Source: Proteobacteria bacterium UBA981 (GTDB lineage Bacteria; Pseudomonadota; Gammaproteobacteria; Ga0077536). From it: a DNA stretch of 64,000 nt. Both the position numbers and the translations under genes were made by a program. Of this stretch, positions 29,335 to 43,545 are shown piece by piece. How positions within the stretch are numbered: position 1 is the first letter of the stretch; each line of letters starts with the position of its first letter. Where the stretch lies: positions 260,472 through 324,471 of the forward strand of contig DBBP01000027.1 in NCBI GenBank assembly GCA_002292285.1. The letters run 5' to 3'. The notes below the pieces were generated by a model that saw only the letters and a program-made list of their open reading frames with translations, did no database searches and was not told where the DNA came from.

Positions 29335-30477
29335 ATGCTTGACCCGATACCTGCCGACAGTGTCGGCCTGGTGTCTCCCAGGACCCAGCACTTCGACACG
29401 CCTCTAGCACTTGATTGCGGTGTTGTGCTCGACGGCTACGATATCTGTTTTGAAACCTATGGAACCCTGAACGAAGCGCAAGACAACGCTGTGTTGGTCT
29501 GTCATGCGCTGACGGGGGATCATCATGCAGCGGGGTTTCACTCAGAGAACGACCGCAAGCCGGGCTGGTGGGACAATTGCATCGGGCCCGGAAAGGCTCT
29601 GGACACCGATCGTTTCTTTGTCGTTTGCCCAAACAATCTGGGCGGCTGCGGCGGCTCTACCGGCCCGCTGGCAATCAACCCGCAAACCAACAAGCGTTAC
29701 GGACCTGACTTTCCGATCGTGACTGTCCGTGACTGGGTCGAAAGTCAGGCACGTCTGGCAGATGTACTCGGAATTGAAAGTTGGGCGGCCGTCATGGGCG
29801 GCAGTCTCGGCGGCATGCAGGTACTGCAGTGGGCCATCGACTATCCGGCGCGCATCCGCAACGCGCTGGTGATTGCCGCCGCGCCTCGGCTATCGACGCA
29901 GAACATTGCCTTCAACGAAATCGCTCGGCAGGCTATTCGCTCCGATCCGAACTTTCGTGACGGTCATTACTATGAACATGACGTCGTACCGGAACACGGG
30001 CTCAAACTCGCGCGCATGGTTGGTCACATTACTTATCTGTCCGATGACGTACTTCATACGCGCTTCGGTCGTGAGTTAAGCGGCTCTAAAATCGGTTTCG
30101 GTTTCGGGGTGGAATTTGAAATTGAATCCTATCTGCGCCATCAGGGCGAAGCGTTCGTCGGGCGCTTCGATGCCAATACTTATTTGTTAATGACACGTTC
30201 GCTCGATTATTTCGATCCCGCACAAAAATTTGACGGCGACCTGACTGCGGCGTTGAGGGAATGCCAGGCGCGCTTTCTGGTTGTCTCTTTCACCAGCGAC
30301 TGGCGGTTTTCGCCCACCCGGTCACGCGAGATCGTGCGCGCGCTGCTCGATTGCGATCACGATGTAAGCTACGTCGATATTGAATCGGAACTTGGCCACG
30401 ACTCATTCTTATTACCCATTCCTCAGTACCACAAAATCCTGCAGACCTATTTCAACCGAATTGAGATTGGCACGTGA
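29335..30477 (+). CDS. metX: Homoserine O-acyltransferase MetX
   Basis: …[11 protein letters not shown]…[17 protein letters not shown]… alpha/beta-hydrolase MetX motifs. Confidence 0.9.
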   Translation: MLDPIPADSVGLVSPRTQHFDTPLALDCGVVLDGYDICFETYGTLNEAQDNAVLVCHALTGDHHAAGFHSENDRKPGWWDNCIGPGKALDTDRFFVVCPNNLGGCGGSTGPLAINPQTNKRYGPDFPIVTVRDWVESQARLADVLGIESWAAVMGGSLGGMQVLQWAIDYPARIRNALVIAAAPRLSTQNIAFNEIARQAIRSDPNFRDGHYYEHDVVPEHGLKLARMVGHITYLSDDVLHTRFGRELSGSKIGFGFGVEFEIESYLRHQGEAFVGRFDANTYLLMTRSLDYFDPAQKFDGDLTAALRECQARFLVVSFTSDWRFSPTRSREIVRALLDCDHDVSYVDIESELGHDSFLLPIPQYHKILQTYFNRIEIGT

Positions 30478-31082
30478 GTGAACTCGATCTGCGTGCCGAA
30501 CATCGGCTAATCGCCGAATGGATCACCGAGGGCTCCCGCGTGCTTGATTTGGGCTGCGGCGACGGCGGCTTTCTCGCCATGTTGCAGGCAGAAAAAGGCG
30601 TCACCGGCTATGGCATCGAGATTGCATCCGACAACATCGTAGCCTGCCTGGAGCGCGGCGTGAATGTCATTCACACCAACCTCGACGAGGGCTTAAGCGA
30701 CTTTGACGAAGACTATTTTGACTTCGTCGTTATGACCCAAACTGTGCAGGCCATGCGCTTCCCGCATCGGTTAATCGACGAAATCCTGCGCATCGGACGG
30801 GAGGGTATTGTGACGTTTCCCAACATGGGGCACTGGAAATGTCGCATGCAATTTGCGCTCGGGCGTATGCCGGTCACCAAGCATCTGCCGAACACGTGGT
30901 ACGACACGCCGAATATTCATATGTGCACTATCAAGGATTTCGATGATTTGTGTCGAATACAGAGCACAGAGGTCGTAGAACGGGCGATCGTAGACTCACA
31001 ACACCATGCGCGCCGCGGCATGCAATGGCTGCCGAATTTACTCGCTGAGATCGCGATTTATCGGATTCGGCGACGCCAGTAA
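30474..31082 (+). CDS. metW: Methionine biosynthesis protein MetW
   Basis: ATGA-coupled to metX; SAM-MTase-like …[12 protein letters not shown]…. Confidence 0.85.
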   Translation: MSELDLRAEHRLIAEWITEGSRVLDLGCGDGGFLAMLQAEKGVTGYGIEIASDNIVACLERGVNVIHTNLDEGLSDFDEDYFDFVVMTQTVQAMRFPHRLIDEILRIGREGIVTFPNMGHWKCRMQFALGRMPVTKHLPNTWYDTPNIHMCTIKDFDDLCRIQSTEVVERAIVDSQHHARRGMQWLPNLLAEIAIYRIRRRQ

Positions 31083-31122
31083 CGCGTCGCGGCTCCGTCC
31101 GCCTCGCACGCACAGCAACGAT

Positions 31123-31905
31123 TCAGAAAGCGGTGATGTCGCCGTCGTAGTCGATGATGAGCGGTGCATGGTCGGAAAAACGATTCTTCTTATATATGGA
31201 TGCCTTACGCACTCGTTCCGCGAGTCCGGGCGTGATGATTTGGTAGTCGAGCCGCCACCCCACATTGTTTTCCCAGGCCTGGCCTCGATTTGACCACCAC
31301 GTGTACTGCTCTTCCTGCTGGTTGATTTGCCGAAACGCGTCGACATAACCAACCTCGTCAAACAGACGGTCCAGCCAGGCACGCTCTGCAGGCAGAAATC
31401 CGGAATTTTTTTGATTTGAACGCCAGTTTTTCAGGTCGATATTGCGGTGCGCGATATTCCAATCGCCGCACACGATGTATTCGCGGGAATCTTTACGCCG
31501 CTTGGCAAGCCAGGGCATAAATTTATCCATGAACTCGAATTTAACTTGCTGGCGGTGATCGCCAGAAGAACCAGACGGCAGGTACACGGACGAGACCGAC
31601 AATTTGCCGAAATCTGCCTGAATGTAGCGACCTTCCCGATCAAACTCGTCGAAGCCGAAGCCAGTGGTAATTTTGTCCGGTTCCTGGCGACAAAACAGCG
31701 CAACGCCGCTGTAGCCCTTCTTTTCGGCATCCGCATAGTAGGTGTGCCAGCGACCGGGTGAGCGAACCTCGTCGGTTAATTGCGCGACCTGTGCTTTGGT
31801 TTCCTGCAGACACACGACATCGGCCCGCTGCTTGGCCAACCAAAGGTGAAATCCTTTGCGGTGGGCAGAGCGGATGCCATTTAGGTTGGCTGAAATAATG
31901 CGCAT
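31123..31905 (-). CDS. Exodeoxyribonuclease III family protein (Xth; occupies the Crc position next to pyrE)
   Basis: EEP-fold motifs …CLQETK…GDWNIAHRNIDL…SDHAPL… apparently retain the catalytic residues. Confidence 0.8.
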   Translation of the reverse strand: MRIISANLNGIRSAHRKGFHLWLAKQRADVVCLQETKAQVAQLTDEVRSPGRWHTYYADAEKKGYSGVALFCRQEPDKITTGFGFDEFDREGRYIQADFGKLSVSSVYLPSGSSGDHRQQVKFEFMDKFMPWLAKRRKDSREYIVCGDWNIAHRNIDLKNWRSNQKNSGFLPAERAWLDRLFDEVGYVDAFRQINQQEEQYTWWSNRGQAWENNVGWRLDYQIITPGLAERVRKASIYKKNRFSDHAPLIIDYDGDITAF

Positions 31906-32040
31906 GACGATTCTCGATAGATTTCCGGGTCAGGAATGTGCAGGCTGTTGTCGGCGCGGATATGATACCCGCTTGCCGACGGGAGACGAGTAATCAGCAC
32001 CACGATACACCTTTATCAACGCGAGTTTATTGAGTTCGCG

Positions 32041-32646
32041 TTGGCCAATAACGCATTGCGTTTCGGTGAATTCACGCTGAAATCGGGTCGTTTGAGTCCG
32101 TATTTCTTCAATACCGGTGCGTTCGATTCCGGCGCGGCACTGGCGCGCCTCGGGCGCGCGTATGCGGCGGCAATCGTCGGCAATCGTCTCGAATTCGACA
32201 TCCTGTACGGCCCCGCTTACAAAGGCATACCGCTTTGCGCCGCCATCGCGATTGCTCTGCATACCGACCACGGCCTAGACGTCCCGTTTTGTTTCAATCG
32301 CAAAGAGGCGAAAGATCATGGCGAAGGCGGAACGACGCTCGGCGCGGCACTGCAAGGAAGAGTGCTCATTGTTGACGACGTTATCTCGGCGGGTACGTCG
32401 GTCAATGAATCGACGACCCTGATTAGTGCAGCCGGCGCGCAGGCCGTTGGTGTCATGATTTCTCTTGACCGGCAGGAACGTGGTCCTGATGAGCGTTCTG
32501 CTGTGCAAGCAGTCGAGCAGCTCCACGGTATCCCGGTACACAGTATCATCGGTCTCGCCGATATCGTTACGCATCTTCAGGGCGTCGGTGGTTTCGATGA
32601 AGAAATTAATCGCATCGAAGCCTATCGAAGCGAGTATGGGATCTGA
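32041..32646 (+). CDS. pyrE: Orotate phosphoribosyltransferase
   Basis: …[17 protein letters not shown]…[13 protein letters not shown]… ; TTG start at 32041, but conserved N-terminal residues (YQREFIEFA) are encoded in frame upstream without an ATG/GTG/TTG. Confidence 0.8.
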   Translation: MANNALRFGEFTLKSGRLSPYFFNTGAFDSGAALARLGRAYAAAIVGNRLEFDILYGPAYKGIPLCAAIAIALHTDHGLDVPFCFNRKEAKDHGEGGTTLGAALQGRVLIVDDVISAGTSVNESTTLISAAGAQAVGVMISLDRQERGPDERSAVQAVEQLHGIPVHSIIGLADIVTHLQGVGGFDEEINRIEAYRSEYGI

Positions 32647-32768
32647 CCAGTAACGCCCCACGGCGTTCGATTCAGGCCAGATTCAGTCTGCGATAATATA
32701 GTCTTGTCGACGCGGCAATCTCCGTCTGCCCAGCGACATGTTTCGGGAACAATCGAATAAGGTGACTT

Positions 32769-33404
32769 ATGAACACGCATTACGTAGCTGGAAGATCTTC
32801 CTTGTTGGCGAGCATTACCCTCGTCATGCTGATCCTTTCAGCACCCTCGCAGGCCGCCTATAAGTGCTGGAAGAACGCGGAGGGTGTACGTGAGTGCGGC
32901 AATGCCGTACCTCCTGAGTACGCGCAACAGGGCCATGAAACGATCAAAAAGGGCGGTCTGTCTGTACAGGCGCAGGGGGCCGCAAAAACCGTCGAAGAGC
33001 TCAGGGAAGAAAACAAGTTAAAGGAGCTCGAAGAGGTCGCCAAGTTGGAAGAGAAGAAGCGCGAACAGAAGGATCGTGTGTTACTCGATACCTTCACATC
33101 CGCGGACGACATGGAACTCACACGTGACGGGCAAATCGCCCACCTCGACTCGCAAATTCGCCTCACTCAAAGCCATATCGATAAGCTGCAGCTCAACCTC
33201 GACAAAATAGTCGACAAGGCGGCGGATGTAGAACGCAAAGGTGACAAGCCAGGCGACGATATGGTCGCAAATATAAAGAGCGTGCGTAATCAGATTACTG
33301 AAAACGAAGACTTCATCGCGGCGAAAAGGAATGAGCAAAACGATATTCGCGAACGTTTTGCGGCAGACATTTCCCGCTTTAAGGAACTGAAGGGTCAGCG
33401 CTAG
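32769..33404 (+). CDS. DUF4124-domain secreted coiled-coil protein
   Basis: Signal peptide, then the YKCWKNAEGVRECGN…PPEY motif characteristic of DUF4124; Lys/Glu-rich coiled coil. Confidence 0.6.
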   Translation: MNTHYVAGRSSLLASITLVMLILSAPSQAAYKCWKNAEGVRECGNAVPPEYAQQGHETIKKGGLSVQAQGAAKTVEELREENKLKELEEVAKLEEKKREQKDRVLLDTFTSADDMELTRDGQIAHLDSQIRLTQSHIDKLQLNLDKIVDKAADVERKGDKPGDDMVANIKSVRNQITENEDFIAAKRNEQNDIRERFAADISRFKELKGQR

Positions 33405-33970
33405 ACAGCGTCTGTTGTCGGCGTGGCAAAAATGCCGCGGCAAACCAAGGTCCATTGCAGCTCCCAATCCTGCGCAGGAGATGCAGCGAAATCATCGCGC
33501 ACGAATTGATCGAGACGGCCAACGACTACCGTTAAAAGCAATCGCGCAATAGCAGCCACTTGCGTGGCATCGAGTTCCGCGGATTGGTGCAAATTGCTTT
33601 CACGCATGACCTGCTTGAATTGAGTTTCAACTCGCGCGAAAAACTGCGACACGCGAGCGCGAAGACGTTGCTGCTCACCGACCAGAATATCCCCCAGTAA
33701 CACGCGCGTAATGCCTGGATTTCGCTCCGCGAAACGCAGCAACGCGGTCGCCATATGGTGGCACCGTGTTTCCGCCTCGGCTTGTTCGTTCATGATCTGA
33801 TTGAACACACCAAAGATGGTCTGTTCAGCGAATTCGATAAGTGCTTCGAACATCTGCGCTTTGCTGGCGAAATGACGATACAGCGCGGCCTCGGAAACAC
33901 CGACAGCCGCCGCAAGTGAAGCGGTCGATATCCGCGAACCAGGTTTGGTTTCTAGCTCGCCGGCCAGCAC
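33401..33970 (-). CDS. slmA: TetR-family nucleoid occlusion factor SlmA
   Basis: …GSRISTASLAAAVGVSEAALYRHFASKAQMFEALIEF…ERNPGITRVLLGD… collinear with SlmA; listed with the GTG at 33970, but SlmA-like N-terminal residues (KERLNRRQQILE) continue in frame upstream. Confidence 0.7.
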   Translation of the reverse strand: MLAGELETKPGSRISTASLAAAVGVSEAALYRHFASKAQMFEALIEFAEQTIFGVFNQIMNEQAEAETRCHHMATALLRFAERNPGITRVLLGDILVGEQQRLRARVSQFFARVETQFKQVMRESNLHQSAELDATQVAAIARLLLTVVVGRLDQFVRDDFAASPAQDWELQWTLVCRGIFATPTTDAV

Positions 33971-34005
33971 TTCAAGAATTTGCTGACGACGGTTAAGTCG
34001 CTCTT

Positions 34006-37537
<3,532 letters not shown>

Positions 37538-37617
37538 TTATCTTTTTGAATTCGCGACTTTACACGGGACCTGTGACCGCCGCTCCAAGTGTACAAGCTA
37601 GGCGCGGCGAATACATC

Positions 37618-38832
37618 TTAATTCGAACCGGAATTACGGCTCTCGAAGCGCTCGACAATCACCTCGAGCAGGCTTCTCGCCAAGCGCAATTTTGGCGCGC
37701 GTTCGAGAACTTTTGAGCTGCCTGGCCAGAGCACTGTCAGCTCATTATCATCGCTGTTAAATCCAATCTCGTGTCCGCCAACCAGATTAGCGGCAATCAT
37801 GTCGAGTTTTTTCCGTTGCAACTTGGATTCGGCATTGGCGATGAGATTATCGGTTTCCGCAGCGAAGCCCACCGTAAAAGGCGCATTCGCACTGGCAGCG
37901 ACTGCCGCAAGAATGTCGCGATTGGGCACCAAACGCAGTTCCAGCGCGGAACCATCGCGCTTTATTTTGCCGGCGCTGGCGAACTCGGGGCGATAATCAG
38001 CGACCGCCGCAGTACCGACGAAAATTTCTGTAGTCTCCAGCTCCTGCATGACAGCGCTGTACATTTCCGCGGCTGTCTCGACACTTTTGACTGTCACGCC
38101 CTCGGGCTTGGTCTGTACCGTGGGGCCGCTGACAAGCGTCACCAGGGCGCCAGCTTCGTGCGCAGCAATAGCCAACGCATAGCCCATCTTGCCGGAACTG
38201 TGATTAGAGATGTAGCGCACTGGGTCGATCGGTTCGCGGGTCGGACCGGCGGTGATGAGCACGCGACGCCCGGCGAGGCGTCCAGTTGCGAAAATCCGGG
38301 CCACAGCACTCACGATCTCGTCGGCCTCGGCCATTCGCCCGGGCCCCACTTCGCCACAGGCCTGACTGCCGCTGCCAGGCCCACAGATAATCACGCCGCG
38401 CGCAGTCAGCGCGGCCAGATTCTCGGCGGTCGCCGGATGCTGCCACATTTGTTGATTCATCGCCGGAGCGACCAATACCGGTGCGGCGCTTACCAGACAC
38501 ACAGCGGTAGCGAGATCATTAGCCTGGCCAAGGCGCAGGCGCGCCAAAAAATCCGCCGTCGCAGGAGCTGTCACCACCGCGTCACCCCAGCGTGCGAGCT
38601 CGATGTGTCCCATGGCGGCTTCCGCAGTTGGGTCAAACAAGTCGCAGCGGACCGCGTGACCGGATACCGCCTGAAGCGTCAAAGGCGTAATAAACTCGGT
38701 GGCCGAGGGCGTCATGATCACACGCACTTCGGCGCCGGCATCACGTAATCGACGCACAACGTCAGGTGATTTATAGGCAGCAATACCCCCGCTGACGAGC
38801 AACAGGATGCGCTTGCCGTTCAGGCTAATCAT
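37618..38832 (-). CDS. coaBC: Bifunctional phosphopantothenoylcysteine decarboxylase / phosphopantothenate-cysteine ligase
   Basis: Flavoprotein N-domain (…ILLLVSGGIAAYK…) plus the CoaB C-domain. Confidence 0.9.
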   Translation of the reverse strand: MISLNGKRILLLVSGGIAAYKSPDVVRRLRDAGAEVRVIMTPSATEFITPLTLQAVSGHAVRCDLFDPTAEAAMGHIELARWGDAVVTAPATADFLARLRLGQANDLATAVCLVSAAPVLVAPAMNQQMWQHPATAENLAALTARGVIICGPGSGSQACGEVGPGRMAEADEIVSAVARIFATGRLAGRRVLITAGPTREPIDPVRYISNHSSGKMGYALAIAAHEAGALVTLVSGPTVQTKPEGVTVKSVETAAEMYSAVMQELETTEIFVGTAAVADYRPEFASAGKIKRDGSALELRLVPNRDILAAVAASANAPFTVGFAAETDNLIANAESKLQRKKLDMIAANLVGGHEIGFNSDDNELTVLWPGSSKVLERAPKLRLARSLLEVIVERFESRNSGSN

Positions 38833-38993
38833 GGGCTTTCTTTCACCTTAATTTACGGGTGGTGGAAAGGATATTACCTGACCCGACCGCGCAGCCGTCA
38901 GACGCGTTACGCAAATTTCGGCATGCTTTGTCCACATTCGTCGCCGGCCTATACTGCGAGGTACCTAATTCGGAACCCATGGAGGGGAACCGC

Positions 38994-39668
38994 ATGTCTA
39001 TCAAGGATTGGCCCGAGCGAGAACGGCCGCGTGAAAAACTGATTCATCAGGGCACCGGCGCGCTCTCCGATGCCGAGGTGGTCGCCGTGTTGCTACGCGT
39101 CGGCACCGCGGAAGTTGATGCAGTTGGACTTGCGCGGCGCCTGATTAGCGAGCATGGCGGCTTGCGTGCGCTGCTGGAAGCGAGCCTGACGTCGGTTAGC
39201 ACGAGTCGTGGTTGCGGTCCTGCAACCTTCGCCACACTTCACGCCGCGCTCGAATTGGGGCGTCGTTACCTATACTCCACACTGGAGCGAGACGGCCCTC
39301 TGGAAAGCCCCGACGCAGCCGGTAACTATCTGGTTTCGCGGATGAAAGGGTATCGACGCGAAGTTTTTGCGTGTCTTTATCTGGATACGCGCCACCGCGT
39401 CATCGCGTTTCGCGAGCTCTTTCTGGGCTCAATCGACAGCGCAACCGTCCATCCGCGCGAAATAGTTCAGTCGTGCCTGGAGCTTAACGCCGCCGCGATC
39501 ATCCTTGCCCACAATCATCCATCCGGCGTCGCCGAACCAAGTACGGCAGACGGCGCGCTGACCCGGCGAGTCGTGGAAGCGGCCCGCCTTATCGACGTGC
39601 GGGTCCTGGATCATCTGGTTGTTGGGGAGCAGGAGGCGGTTTCCATGGCGGCGCGCGGGCTGTTCTGA
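38994..39668 (+). CDS. radC: RadC-like JAB-domain protein (UPF0758)
   Basis: GGAGGGGA RBS before the ATG at 38994; JAMM motif …HNHPSG…. Confidence 0.8.
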   Translation: MSIKDWPERERPREKLIHQGTGALSDAEVVAVLLRVGTAEVDAVGLARRLISEHGGLRALLEASLTSVSTSRGCGPATFATLHAALELGRRYLYSTLERDGPLESPDAAGNYLVSRMKGYRREVFACLYLDTRHRVIAFRELFLGSIDSATVHPREIVQSCLELNAAAIILAHNHPSGVAEPSTADGALTRRVVEAARLIDVRVLDHLVVGEQEAVSMAARGLF

Positions 39669-39743
39669 CACCGACGCTTGGCGAACGCACGGAAACGAGC
39701 TAGAATCACGCGCCTTTTCCGCGCCCTTAATAGGATTAACAGC

Positions 39744-39980
39744 ATGTCTCGGGTATGCCAAATAACCGGCAAACGACCGGTCGCCGGTAACAACGTTTCG
39801 CACGCGCACAACAAGACGCGGCGGCGCTTCTTACCGAATCTGCATAACCATCGCTTTTGGGTTGAAAGCGAGAACCGTTGGGTTCGGCTTCGCGTGAGTG
39901 CGAAAGGATTGCGGGTTATCGATAAAAAAGGTATCGATACTGTACTTAAAGACATTCGCGCCCGCGGCGAAAGAGTTTAG
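39744..39980 (+). CDS. rpmB: 50S ribosomal protein L28
   Basis: [29 protein letters not shown]… ; internal Met of the 100-aa ORF. Confidence 0.9.
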   Translation: MSRVCQITGKRPVAGNNVSHAHNKTRRRFLPNLHNHRFWVESENRWVRLRVSAKGLRVIDKKGIDTVLKDIRARGERV

Positions 39981-39989
39981 GAGACTGTC

Positions 39990-40145
39990 ATGCTGGATAA
40001 AATCAAACTCGTCTCGAGTGCCGGTACCGGGCATTACTACACCACAGCGAAAAACAAGCGCACGCATCCGGAGAAGCTTGAACGTCGCAAATACGACCCG
40101 GTCATTCGCCAACACGTGATTTACAAAGAAGCGAAGATAAAATAG
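39990..40145 (+). CDS. rpmG: 50S ribosomal protein L33
   Basis: Not in the ORF track (51 aa); AGGAGA RBS; [51 protein letters not shown]. Confidence 0.9.
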   Translation: MLDKIKLVSSAGTGHYYTTAKNKRTHPEKLERRKYDPVIRQHVIYKEAKIK

Positions 40146-40163
40146 CGCTTTGATACCGATAAG

Positions 40164-40190
40164 AAACCCCGCCTCGCGGGGTTTTTTTTG
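40164..40190. terminator. Rho-independent terminator shared by rpmBG (+) and the desaturase gene (-)
   Basis: GC stem CCCCGC/GCGGGG with loop CTC, followed by T8. Confidence 0.7.
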
Positions 40191-40208
40191 GCGCTCAGTT
40201 CTTCACAC

Positions 40209-41387
40209 TCAGACTGCTGCAGGCGTGTAGCCGCGCAGAATGCGTGCATAGTCCTGCAGCGCCTGTATGCCTGTCGTTTCGGCTTGCTGACACCATTCCT
40301 GGATGAGACGTAAAAGCGCTTCTCGACTTTCGCTTCGCTGCTCATAAATAGCCTGCAAACGCTGGCGAAAGCTGTAAACAACCTCCAAACGTTCGCTTTG
40401 CCGCAGCGCGTCGCGCAATGCACCGCGCTCCGCCTCGTTCAGGCGCTCATCAGCGCGTACCATCAACGGTACTAATGGTTTGAGTTTCCAGCGCGCATCA
40501 TGGGACGCGTTGCGAACCTCTTCGCGATGCACCCGCTTGATAACCATGCGACTGAAATCCGCCATCACGTGCAAGCGGCTACCGACGATTGCTGACAAAG
40601 TTTCAAAATCGGCGGCGGGCTTGTCGGTGTCGACAGCCGGGCGCGGCGGGGCGACCTTGCGAACTTCGGCGAGCCCGCACATTTCCATCAACCGGATATA
40701 CATCCAGCCCAAATCGAATTCCCAAGGACGCACGGAAAATTTGGCCGAGCTGGCGAATGCGTGATGGTTGTTATGGAGTTCTTCGCCGCCAATCAAAACA
40801 CCCCACGGCACAATATTCGTAGAACAGTCGGAAGTTTCGAAATTGCGATAACCGCGCCAGTGGGCAACACCATTGATAATGCCGGCTGCAAAAATCGGGA
40901 TCCACATCATCTGAATGGCCCCGATGGTTACGCCCAACGGTCCGTACAAAATAATATTACTGGTAAACATCAACCCAATGCCGAGAAAGCTGCGTCCGGT
41001 ATACAAGTGCCTCTCAACCCAATCGTCCGGCGTGCCGAAGCCGTACTGGTCGATGATGTCCTGGTTTCGGGCGTTGCGTTGGTAGAGTTCGGCACCGGTC
41101 AGCAGAACTTTCTTGATGCCGTGCACAACCGGGCTGTGTGGATCTTCGGCAGTTTCCACCGCAGCGTGATGTTTGCGGTGTACAGCCGTCCATTGGCGTG
41201 TGTTCATGCCCGTTGACAGCCACAACCAGAAGCGGAAAAAGTGTGCCACAACAGGATGCAACTCGACGGCCCGATGGGCTTGGTCGCGGTGTAGATAAAT
41301 TGTCACCGCAGCGATTGTTATGTGCGTGTAGACAAGCGCGACGACGACATAGCCCCACCAGGGCAGCTCAATCAAACCGTGCTGCAT
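40209..41387 (-). CDS. Membrane fatty-acid (acyl-CoA/acyl-lipid delta-9) desaturase
   Basis: Histidine boxes HRDQAH, HRKHH, HNNHH; multiple TM helices. Confidence 0.8.
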   Translation of the reverse strand: MQHGLIELPWWGYVVVALVYTHITIAAVTIYLHRDQAHRAVELHPVVAHFFRFWLWLSTGMNTRQWTAVHRKHHAAVETAEDPHSPVVHGIKKVLLTGAELYQRNARNQDIIDQYGFGTPDDWVERHLYTGRSFLGIGLMFTSNIILYGPLGVTIGAIQMMWIPIFAAGIINGVAHWRGYRNFETSDCSTNIVPWGVLIGGEELHNNHHAFASSAKFSVRPWEFDLGWMYIRLMEMCGLAEVRKVAPPRPAVDTDKPAADFETLSAIVGSRLHVMADFSRMVIKRVHREEVRNASHDARWKLKPLVPLMVRADERLNEAERGALRDALRQSERLEVVYSFRQRLQAIYEQRSESREALLRLIQEWCQQAETTGIQALQDYARILRGYTPAAV

Positions 41388-41505
41388 GAACTCCTCCTTG
41401 AAGCTCTCGAAGGTTTAGCACTTTAATCCGGTTCTTTAGGCTTGAAAGCGCCACGATCGTTAAACATCGTGAAGCGGGACCAGATTAAGCGCCCTTGCCC
41501 GCAGT

Positions 41506-43440
41506 CTACCGCAACTCGAGTATGAGATTGCCAGCGTCATCGAGGGCGCAGCACCAACCGGCATCGACAAATGTTGTCGCGATGTCGTCACAAATCACCG
41601 CAGGCCCGCTGATCTTTTCCGCCTGCGCGAGTTGCGAACGGAACAACAACGGAAATCGGCTTTCACCAGCCGCCGGATGTTTTGCCACAGATGCTGGTGG
41701 CAGCTGGACTGGCGCGCGGACAACGTCTACGGCAACCCGCAGATTGACGAGTTCGACGGGGTAATCGAGCCGATGGCCGTAACGCAGCTCATGTTCACCG
41801 TGAAATTGTTCGGCGACGTCGCTGCCGTCCCAGGAAATATTGAGTGCAAACGATTGGCCCTGGTAACACAGGTCTAGCGTATTCCGGCAGATCATGTCGC
41901 TCTTTGCATAGCCCTCTCGTTGTAAATCGGCGACCGCCGGCTGCGCAATATCGCTGAGTAATGATTCGATCGCTAACGCACTAACGTCTCCAAGCGGACG
42001 GCGTATGGTTTTCGACAATCGGCGCCCAGGTTGTCCAACCACCATACCCAGCGCCGACAACACGCCCGCGTGAGCTGGAACCAGGGCGCGGCGCATCGAT
42101 AAGGCTTGCGCCAACGCACATACGTGTAAGCCGCCGGCACCACCGAATGACACCAAGGTGAAGTCACGCGGATCGATGCCGCGTTCGACTGAAATCACGC
42201 GCAGCGCCTGTTGCATGTGATCGTTGGCGATGTCGACCACGCCCTGAGCGGCATCCTGTAGTGGAATGTCTCCCATCGCCCGCGCCAGGTTCCCGATAAC
42301 CGCCACTGCCGCCTCTTTGCGCAAGGCCATATGACCACCCAGACGAACGTGGGTGGGGATCCGCCCCAGTACCAGATTGGCGTCGGTTACGGTTGCCAGA
42401 GTTCCGCCAGCGCCGTAGCAAGCCGGGCCTGGTACCGCACCCGCCGATTTCGGCCCAACGTGCAGCAAGCCGCCCGCGTCGACGCGCGCGATCGAACCAC
42501 CGCCAGCGCCAATGGTATGGATATCGACCATTGGAACACCGACCGGGTAGCGGCCGATTCGACCATCCGGCGTGAGTCTTATTTCACCATCGACCAGCGC
42601 GACGTCGGTTGATGTGCCACCCATGTCGAAGGTCAGGATACGTTCAGCTGCCGCTTCACGGGCCACATGGCGGGCACCCAGTAAGCCACCCGCCGGTCCC
42701 GAGAGAAGCAAATTTACGGCGTGACTGGCGGCGAACTCCGGGTCGCAGGTCACCGCCGAACTTTGCATGACAGATAACGCGGCCGGTTTGAGTTGCTGTG
42801 ACAACCGGTGTAAGTACCCACTCATCACCGGACCCGTGGTGGCGTTCAGCCAGGTCGCGATACCACGCTCGTACTCACGGTACTCGGGTAGAACATCACT
42901 CGAACAGGTGACAAATACGTCGCCCGAAAAGGCCGCAGCAATTTCACGTTCGAAACGGTCGTCCATGAAAGCAAACAGCAAGCTAATGGCGATCGCCTGC
43001 GGTTTCAATTGCGCCACTGCTTTTTGCAACTCCGCAATGTCCTGACTCGACAATGGCTCGAGAGTTTGCCCATCGGCTCCAAGGCGACCGCCAGTTTGCA
43101 GGCATAGGTCAGGTGGTACCGGTGGGACGGGCACCGGCGGTGTAAGATCGTACAAGCGCTCACGCGCCTGGCGGCCGATGGTCAGTGTGTCGGAAAATCC
43201 ACGATTGGTGATGAACACCGTGCGGGCGCCGGCGCCCTCCAGCATGGCGTTGGTCGCGACCGTCGAGCCGTGCACAACTGTCAGTTCATGCTTGTCGATA
43301 GCCAGCGCGGCCAGCCCGGCGGCAATCGCACGTTCCGGTGCATCGGGCGTAGAAAGCGTTTTATGGACCCGAACTGAGGTGCCATCGTAGACCACGAAAT
43401 CGGTAAACGTGCCGCCTGTATCGATGCCGATGATATTCAT
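41506..43440 (-). CDS. Hydantoinase A / oxoprolinase family protein
   Basis: MNIIGIDTGGTFTDFV… N-terminus and full-length hydantoinase_A/HyuA-like similarity; internal Met chosen; no HyuB partner nearby. Confidence 0.75.
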   Translation of the reverse strand: MNIIGIDTGGTFTDFVVYDGTSVRVHKTLSTPDAPERAIAAGLAALAIDKHELTVVHGSTVATNAMLEGAGARTVFITNRGFSDTLTIGRQARERLYDLTPPVPVPPVPPDLCLQTGGRLGADGQTLEPLSSQDIAELQKAVAQLKPQAIAISLLFAFMDDRFEREIAAAFSGDVFVTCSSDVLPEYREYERGIATWLNATTGPVMSGYLHRLSQQLKPAALSVMQSSAVTCDPEFAASHAVNLLLSGPAGGLLGARHVAREAAAERILTFDMGGTSTDVALVDGEIRLTPDGRIGRYPVGVPMVDIHTIGAGGGSIARVDAGGLLHVGPKSAGAVPGPACYGAGGTLATVTDANLVLGRIPTHVRLGGHMALRKEAAVAVIGNLARAMGDIPLQDAAQGVVDIANDHMQQALRVISVERGIDPRDFTLVSFGGAGGLHVCALAQALSMRRALVPAHAGVLSALGMVVGQPGRRLSKTIRRPLGDVSALAIESLLSDIAQPAVADLQREGYAKSDMICRNTLDLCYQGQSFALNISWDGSDVAEQFHGEHELRYGHRLDYPVELVNLRVAVDVVRAPVQLPPASVAKHPAAGESRFPLLFRSQLAQAEKISGPAVICDDIATTFVDAGWCCALDDAGNLILELR

Positions 43441-43545
43441 GAGCGATACATTATCACTGCGCGACGGCCAATCGCGCCAAGACGCCGCAGCGTGCGTGCG
43501 CGCGATGGTTGGCACAAAGACAAAGCTCCCCAATAATAGCGCCCC

